Below are positions 6,834 to 12,279 of a stretch of 12,279 nt of DNA, in pieces. Made by a program: the position numbers and the translations under genes. Source of the DNA: an uncultured bacterium. Lineage in GTDB: Bacteria; CSSED10-310; CAZUFC01. The stretch is from the NCBI GenBank assembly GCA_964619725.1, contig CAZUFC010000192.1:1-12279 (forward strand), read 5' to 3'. The notes beneath the pieces are model-generated. The model was not told where the DNA came from. It searched no databases and was given only the letters and a program-made list of their open reading frames with translations. Position 1 is the stretch's first letter; each line of letters begins with the position of its first letter.

Positions 6834-9800
6834 ATGGCAAAAAGCGCGTTTTGCATTTTAATTTTTTTTATACTTTACACGTTTTCATTTTATAGGTCTG
6901 TTGAAGGATACTCCGATACGCGTTCGCCGGCATCCGGATCGGATACGTCTGATGGAATTTTCGTTATCGGCAATGTTACGGCTGATGACGGCGTGTATGA
7001 AGATTACATTGCGCCTGACGGATACGATGAAGGCGTGTATCAGGAGTATGTATTTGATTTCAGTCTGCCGGAGTATGAGAATGTCCTGATCGAAACGGTA
7101 AATTTAACATTCAACTGGCACGAGAAGAAAAACGATGCAGCGAAGCTGGAGGTGTTCGATCAGACGGGGGGTTACTTTCAATATGAGATGGATACGTTAA
7201 GCACCGAGGACTCAGAGATAACCTATCAGCGGGACATAGCGGATTATCTTGATTCGCCGGCCGACGTGAATGCTTTAAAGATAAGATTCCTGGCGGACAA
7301 GGGTCCTGGCGGCGGGGTTGAATCCCGAGTGGATTACGTAGAAGTATCGGTCGAATATTCGATCTCTGTTCTATTGGGACCCGACCGTTATGCTTATGTG
7401 CCTGACGGCGTAACGCGGACTTATTCGCACAGGCTGATGAATGATGACGCTGCGGGCGATGTGGATTTAACGGCGATATCCGGAAGTGGCTGGGATGTAC
7501 GAATATATCATGATCTGAACGGCGACGGCGACCTGGATGCGGGAGAACCTCAGATAACGGCGCCTTTGACTTTGGCGGCATTTGAGGAAACGTATCTGCT
7601 GGTTCAGGTGGACGTGCCTGCGGGAACGGGGAGCGGAACGACCGACGAGACGACGGTAACGGCGACGAACCAGGTTTCCGGCAATTCAACGCAGGCAACG
7701 GATACGACATATATAACCGATCTGGGAACGGTCATCGAGCCCGACAACATCGGCGACGGAGTAATCGGCACGACCGTCAGTTATTCTCATTTAATTTTCA
7801 ATACTCTTTCCACTCCGGATACGGTTTACCTGACTGCGGTTTCCGATCAGGATTGGACGACGAGGATATATGCGGATGCTGATTTGGACGGCGTAAAGGA
7901 TAACGAAGTCGTGATCGGTCAGGTAACGGCGCCGTCGACGGGAGAGACGGGAATCGTGGTGGAAATTGACGTACCGGACGACGAATTTTTTATTGTGGAT
8001 GAAACGGTTGTGACGGCGGACGGCTCGCAGAACGTGGATACAGCTTATGATATAACGAATGCGGTTCCTCCTGCGGCAACTGTGGACGGCGTCAGGGACG
8101 ATTTGTATTATGCGGAATTCGTCACACATAAATTTTTCAATTACGGACCGGACCCCACTCTTTCGTCAGGTGAGCTTCATTATTTCGTATACGGAGGCTT
8201 GCTTTACATCTATTACGAGCAATCCAGAAACATCAACGACAACACTTACGGCGCTTACGTACATCCTTCCTGGACTCATCATGATTTCCCCGACCTGGTC
8301 GGCAGCGACAACACGGAATTCATCATGTATGAGGAAGGCGGCGTGGTTTCCCTGCAATTTTTCTCCGATTACGTTGAAGATGTGAATCCGACTTCGGAAT
8401 ATCCTGCGGGATATCATTGTATGGGATTTGCCGGAGGGGACGGCCTTATGGTTCAGAACGGCACTGCTTATACCGATGAGCAATTGGGCAGTCTGATTCT
8501 TTTTGAATCGTCATGTGCGTATAACGTCAACTACTACACTCAGACAGTGGGAGGTTCGCCGACAGTCGATTGCGGTTCTTACGGGATACTTGATTTAACA
8601 GTGGATTCTCCTCCTGTAGATGAATATTACAATATATTATGTCCTGCCGCAGCGGAATATCAGACTCAATACGCCATAGAGATCGGGATACCGATATCGA
8701 TTTTTGGCGGAGAGCCGGTGGTGAACATAGTGGCGCGAGCGCACAATTCGCCCAGCAAATTGACGGAAGATATACCTCAGGAGCCTTCGGAAGCTTCCAT
8801 AGGGGATTACGTATGGTATGACTGGGATGCCGACGGGTTGCAGGATGCCGGTGAGACGGGAATTTCCAACGTTCGGATGTATTTATACTGGGACAAAAAC
8901 GGCGACGGTCTTTTTTCGGCTTCGGAAGAGGTTGGAACGACCTACACGAATTCGAGCGGGTTGTATCTTTTCAGCGAATTGCCGGCCGGGGATTACAAAG
9001 TGGATGTGGACGAGACGACGATTCCGGCTGGATTTTCGCTAACCACGGCTAACGAACCTTATGTGCTTTCCGACGCCATAGCCGGGGCTCATCGGGGATC
9101 GCTGGCCTGGGAAGAGGACTGCCGCACGGCCGATTTCGGATATGATGCCCCGAACGGAGCGATAGGAGATTACGTATGGTTCGACGCGGACAATGACGGC
9201 ATACAGGACAACGGTGAAATCGGCATAGAGGGGGTGACGCTCGATCTTATCGATGCGGTGACGTCTCAGGTCGTCGATACCGTACAGACGAACGATCAGG
9301 GAATTTACATGTTTTTGAATGTTGCTGAGGGGGTCTATCGTGTGGATGTCACGGATTCGTTTGGAGTATTGACCGGTTATACGCTGACGACAGGCCCTGA
9401 AAGCAAGCCCGATCCGACGGGAAATATAGTATTGCCGGCGGACGGGATATACCTGGAGGCTGATTTCGGATACTATTACGGAGTTTCCGGCACCATAGGC
9501 GACACGGTGTTTTTCGATGAGAACTGGGATACTTTTTACAACGGGAACGATATAGGATTAGCCAACGTGACGCTGAAAATCTGGCGTGATGCCAACGGAA
9601 ACGGGCAACTGGACGTCCAGGACGTTTTTCTGTCCGATACGACGACGACTTCCGGCGGGATATACCATTTTACGGGCCTGCCCGTATCGCCTTCAGGAGT
9701 TTCCTATATCGTAAAAGTAACGGATGATTATAACGTTCTGGAAGGATATGAAAAGTTTTATCCGGGGAATTATTTAACTTCGACGTTGACGACTGCTGAA

Positions 9801-12279
9801 CCTGTCGATCTGGATGTGGATTTTCCATATGTGGCCGCCGGCGCAATAGGGGATTACGTATGGAACGATCTGAATCAGGACGGGATTCAGGACGACGGCG
9901 AACCGGGCATATCCGACGTCACGATAGAATTGTATGAAGCGGGAATTTTATATGCTCAGACGGAAACCAATCTCCAGGGCCGCTATTTATTCGCGAATCT
10001 GCGTCCTGAACTGACGTATACGGTAATCGTAACGGATGCGAACGCTGTTCTGACGGGCTGGACCGCTTCGCCGATCGGCCAGGGCGGGAATCCGGCTTTG
10101 GACAGCAACGATCCTGCCGGTTCAATCACGACTATAAGCGCAGCCAATTCATACAATGACCTGACGATCGATTTCGGATATTACAACCCGGACCTCGTAA
10201 TGGGTTCTGTCGGCGATTACATATGGCACGACGTTAACGGCGACGGTCTTCAGAATGAGGGAGCAGGATTCGGGTTCAACAACGTTACGCTGGATATTCG
10301 TTATCCGAACGGTCTGGTGATAGATTCCACCGTTACGACAGTCGACGGTTTCTATACTTTCGAGGGACTGGAAGTCAGCGATACGGGAATTGACTACAAA
10401 GTGGTCGTCACTGATTTGAACAATATATTGGCCGGATATGTCATGACGACCGACATCAACGCTCTTTCCGTCACTTTAACCACAGCGGTTCCCGATGTGG
10501 ATACCGCCGATGCCGGTTATCGCCTTCCTCCGGGTTCCATCGGGGATTACGTCTGGTATGACGACAACGGCGACGGATTACAGAATGAAGATACGGCTAC
10601 GGCGGGTATGAACGGAGTCCTTATCGAGCTTTATGAGGATAAAAATTGCAACGGCCAGGTCGACCCGGAGGATGACGTTATAGATTCGATGACGACTATG
10701 AACGATCCGAACACGACTTATCCGGGATATTATCTGTTTGAGAACCTTAATGAGGGTTGTTACATAGTAGATGTCGACGAAACCACGTTAATGCCCGGTC
10801 TTGTTCTCACAACGGCCAATGAACCTCATCCGAAAGACCTGGCATCGGGAGAAAATTATCTACTCGCTGATTTCGGTTATCGACTGCCGGATACGGCCAC
10901 GCCCACCTCAACCCCAACTTCGACTCCGACACGAACGCCGACTTATACTCCTACGAACACACCAACAAATACCCCGACCGTAACCCTGACTCCGAGCCGC
11001 ACGCCAACAAATACCCCGACCTACACCCCAACAAACACTCCAACAGATACACCGACCGTGACACTGACACCGACACGCACGCCCACAGACACCCCGACCG
11101 ATACGCCGACAATCACATTAACCCCGACCAGGACTCCCACCGATACGCCGACTTATACGCCTACCGACACGCCAACCGATACGCCCACAGTCACTTTGAC
11201 GCCCACGCGGACTCCAACCGATACTCCCACTTACACGCCCACTGATACGCCAACCGATACGCCGACGGTTACTTTAACACCGACACGCACTCCCACCGAT
11301 ACGCCGACTTATACGCCCACCGACACGCCGACCGATACGCCCACAGTCACACTAACCCCGACCAGGACTCCCACCGATACGCCGACTTATACGCCCACCG
11401 ACACGCCGACCGATACAATGACGCCGACTCGCACGCCCACCGATACCCCCACATACACACCGACCGATACTCCCACAGACACACCGACTGACACGCCGAC
11501 GTCTACAAGCACGCCCACCGGCACGCCTACCGACACGCCCACTCAGACGCCCACTCCCACGCCTACCATGTGCGAGGACAACCTGGTCGTCAATCCGGGA
11601 TTCGAGGAATGGCAAGAATTCGGACCGGACGGACCGCCCGACGGATGGACCGTCGCTACGACGGGTTTCGTCGCTTCGCAGGAAAATATTACGGTATTCG
11701 ACGGACAGTATTCGGTCAGCCTGATATGGTTCGATACGGATACTCAGCAATTTACCCAAATCTTCCCGGTAGTCCCGGGAGCCGACTATGAAATACGTTT
11801 ACGATATTACGACAACGACGAATTCGGCAGGGTTCGCCTGTATTGTTACTGGAGGGACATCAACGGAGACGTCATAGGCTCGGCCCTGTCAAGCTCTTAT
11901 TCAACTGATGCGCCGGCATGGCAGATGTTTGAGTTTATGAGCGAGACTGCGCCTGCCGGAGCGGCGACGTTCGAGTATACGGTGAGGATGTATGACGTCG
12001 GCGTTATATTTAATATGGCTACGGCGTATATCGACAATGCCGAGTTCTGCGGACCGGCCCCGACGCCCACGCCTACGCCTACCGATACGCCGACCAACAC
12101 GCCGACAGACACTCCCACCGATACGCCGACGGTCACTTTAACACCGACGCGGACGCCTACTGATACTCCAACCGTCACGCTGACGCCGACTCGCACGCCC
12201 ACCGACACACCGACTTATACGCCCACTGACACTCCCACTGACACACCGACCGTGACAATGACGCCGACACGCACGCCCA
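6834..12279 (+). CDS. Giant multidomain secreted/surface adhesin-like protein with SdrD-B-like repeats, carbohydrate-binding-like domains and Thr/Pro stalks (3' partial, >=1815 aa)
   Basis: Manual translation from ATG 6834 gave no stop to the window end. Signal peptide [26 protein letters not shown] and a strong RBS. All domain motifs fall in the same frame (codon starts 8796, 9159, 9492, 9843, 10206, 10536, 11571). Absent from the ORF track because it has no stop in the window. Confidence 0.93.
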   Translation, partial: MAKSAFCILIFFILYTFSFYRSVEGYSDTRSPASGSDTSDGIFVIGNVTADDGVYEDYIAPDGYDEGVYQEYVFDFSLPEYENVLIETVNLTFNWHEKKNDAAKLEVFDQTGGYFQYEMDTLSTEDSEITYQRDIADYLDSPADVNALKIRFLADKGPGGGVESRVDYVEVSVEYSISVLLGPDRYAYVPDGVTRTYSHRLMNDDAAGDVDLTAISGSGWDVRIYHDLNGDGDLDAGEPQITAPLTLAAFEETYLLVQVDVPAGTGSGTTDETTVTATNQVSGNSTQATDTTYITDLGTVIEPDNIGDGVIGTTVSYSHLIFNTLSTPDTVYLTAVSDQDWTTRIYADADLDGVKDNEVVIGQVTAPSTGETGIVVEIDVPDDEFFIVDETVVTADGSQNVDTAYDITNAVPPAATVDGVRDDLYYAEFVTHKFFNYGPDPTLSSGELHYFVYGGLLYIYYEQSRNINDNTYGAYVHPSWTHHDFPDLVGSDNTEFIMYEEGGVVSLQFFSDYVEDVNPTSEYPAGYHCMGFAGGDGLMVQNGTAYTDEQLGSLILFESSCAYNVNYYTQTVGGSPTVDCGSYGILDLTVDSPPVDEYYNILCPAAAEYQTQYAIEIGIPISIFGGEPVVNIVARAHNSPSKLTEDIPQEPSEASIGDYVWYDWDADGLQDAGETGISNVRMYLYWDKNGDGLFSASEEVGTTYTNSSGLYLFSELPAGDYKVDVDETTIPAGFSLTTANEPYVLSDAIAGAHRGSLAWEEDCRTADFGYDAPNGAIGDYVWFDADNDGIQDNGEIGIEGVTLDLIDAVTSQVVDTVQTNDQGIYMFLNVAEGVYRVDVTDSFGVLTGYTLTTGPESKPDPTGNIVLPADGIYLEADFGYYYGVSGTIGDTVFFDENWDTFYNGNDIGLANVTLKIWRDANGNGQLDVQDVFLSDTTTTSGGIYHFTGLPVSPSGVSYIVKVTDDYNVLEGYEKFYPGNYLTSTLTTAEPVDLDVDFPYVAAGAIGDYVWNDLNQDGIQDDGEPGISDVTIELYEAGILYAQTETNLQGRYLFANLRPELTYTVIVTDANAVLTGWTASPIGQGGNPALDSNDPAGSITTISAANSYNDLTIDFGYYNPDLVMGSVGDYIWHDVNGDGLQNEGAGFGFNNVTLDIRYPNGLVIDSTVTTVDGFYTFEGLEVSDTGIDYKVVVTDLNNILAGYVMTTDINALSVTLTTAVPDVDTADAGYRLPPGSIGDYVWYDDNGDGLQNEDTATAGMNGVLIELYEDKNCNGQVDPEDDVIDSMTTMNDPNTTYPGYYLFENLNEGCYIVDVDETTLMPGLVLTTANEPHPKDLASGENYLLADFGYRLPDTATPTSTPTSTPTRTPTYTPTNTPTNTPTVTLTPSRTPTNTPTYTPTNTPTDTPTVTLTPTRTPTDTPTDTPTITLTPTRTPTDTPTYTPTDTPTDTPTVTLTPTRTPTDTPTYTPTDTPTDTPTVTLTPTRTPTDTPTYTPTDTPTDTPTVTLTPTRTPTDTPTYTPTDTPTDTMTPTRTPTDTPTYTPTDTPTDTPTDTPTSTSTPTGTPTDTPTQTPTPTPTMCEDNLVVNPGFEEWQEFGPDGPPDGWTVATTGFVASQENITVFDGQYSVSLIWFDTDTQQFTQIFPVVPGADYEIRLRYYDNDEFGRVRLYCYWRDINGDVIGSALSSSYSTDAPAWQMFEFMSETAPAGAATFEYTVRMYDVGVIFNMATAYIDNAEFCGPAPTPTPTPTDTPTNTPTDTPTDTPTVTLTPTRTPTDTPTVTLTPTRTPTDTPTYTPTDTPTDTPTVTMTPTRTP
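7368..8063 (+). repeat. Two tandem ~115-aa Ig-like repeats
   Basis: PD....G.T..YSH...N....(D/Y)LTA.S...W..RIY.D...DG.....V..DVP.....DET.VTA....A.D.T in both copies (7368-7715 and 7728-8063). Confidence 0.7.
8067..8759 (+). other. CBM9/DOMON-like domain (tentative)
   Basis: Starts [14 protein letters not shown], contains LYIYYE, ends [13 protein letters not shown]...AHNSPSK. This mirrors the P.IDG..D / LY..(V) / Y..E..IP...LG landmarks of CBM9-like folds. Confidence 0.45.
8796..10880 (+). repeat. Six tandem SdrD B-like domains
   Basis: (S/A/T)(I/V)GD(Y/T)(V/I)(W/F)xD..xDGxQ...G...V.L...G.Y.F..L....Y.V.V...D(F/A)(G/P)Y at 8796-9143, 9159-9473, 9492-9830, 9843-10181, 10206-10520 and 10536-10880. 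Confidence 0.88.
10893..11567 (+). repeat. 225-aa (Thr-X)n Pro/Thr stalk with 26-aa (78-nt) higher-order unit
   Basis: Unit [26 protein letters not shown]; 43-nt exact match 11119-11161 = 11353-11395 (offset 234 = 3x78). Confidence 0.92.
11571..12050 (+). other. CBM4/9-like (galactose-binding-like jelly-roll) domain
   Basis: [14 protein letters not shown]...PDGW...FDGQYSV...Q...VVPGADY...WQ...APAGA...[16 protein letters not shown] start and YIDN end. Confidence 0.72.
12063..12279 (+). repeat. Second (Thr-X)n stalk, runs off the window
   Basis: [56 protein letters not shown]... Confidence 0.9.

Noticed and set aside
6862..6869. T8 run in the signal-peptide coding region (also A9 at 6765-6773) as a phase-variation switch
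   Set aside because: Short homopolymers are expected in Ile/Phe codons and AT-rich spacers; there is no evidence without read-level length variation.
6901..12208. Short track ORFs on both strands (e.g. 7111..7710, 8166..8483, 11352..11759, 11897..12208)
   Set aside because: Off-frame or antisense shadows of the 6834 ORF; the VGVSVGV peptides are the reverse complement of TPT codons.
10893..12279. CRISPR array or non-coding repeat array
   Set aside because: The repeats are in-frame Thr/Pro codons varying at third positions, with no unique spacers.

Overview
Bacterial window with two very large, divergently transcribed genes for secreted or cell-surface proteins, separated by a ~1.7 kb intergenic region. 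(1) Minus strand, 292..~5082: a ~1600-aa protein with a signal peptide, three tandem Cys-rich right-handed parallel beta-helix modules joined by Pro/Thr linkers, and a C-terminal motif + TM helix + basic tail resembling IPTL-CTERM/PEP-CTERM sorting signals. (2) Plus strand, 6834..>12279: an uninterrupted ORF of at least 1815 codons that is missing from the supplied ORF track because its stop lies outside the window. It encodes a signal peptide, an N-terminal beta-domain, two Ig-like repeats, a CBM9/DOMON-like domain, six SdrD-B-like domains, a 225-aa (Thr-X)n stalk with a 26-aa higher-order repeat, a CBM4/9-like domain and a second (Thr-X)n stalk. The intergenic region holds a decayed, 5'-truncated group II intron (minus strand, ~5731-6545; frameshifted RT but still-foldable domains V/VI), a REP-like GC hairpin, and patches of 6-, 7- and 8-nt tandem repeats. 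A 14-bp part of the REP-like element recurs in inverted orientation on the far side of the beta-helix gene. Most short ORFs in the track are shadows of the two large genes. All domain assignments come from motif recognition by eye; no searches were run.
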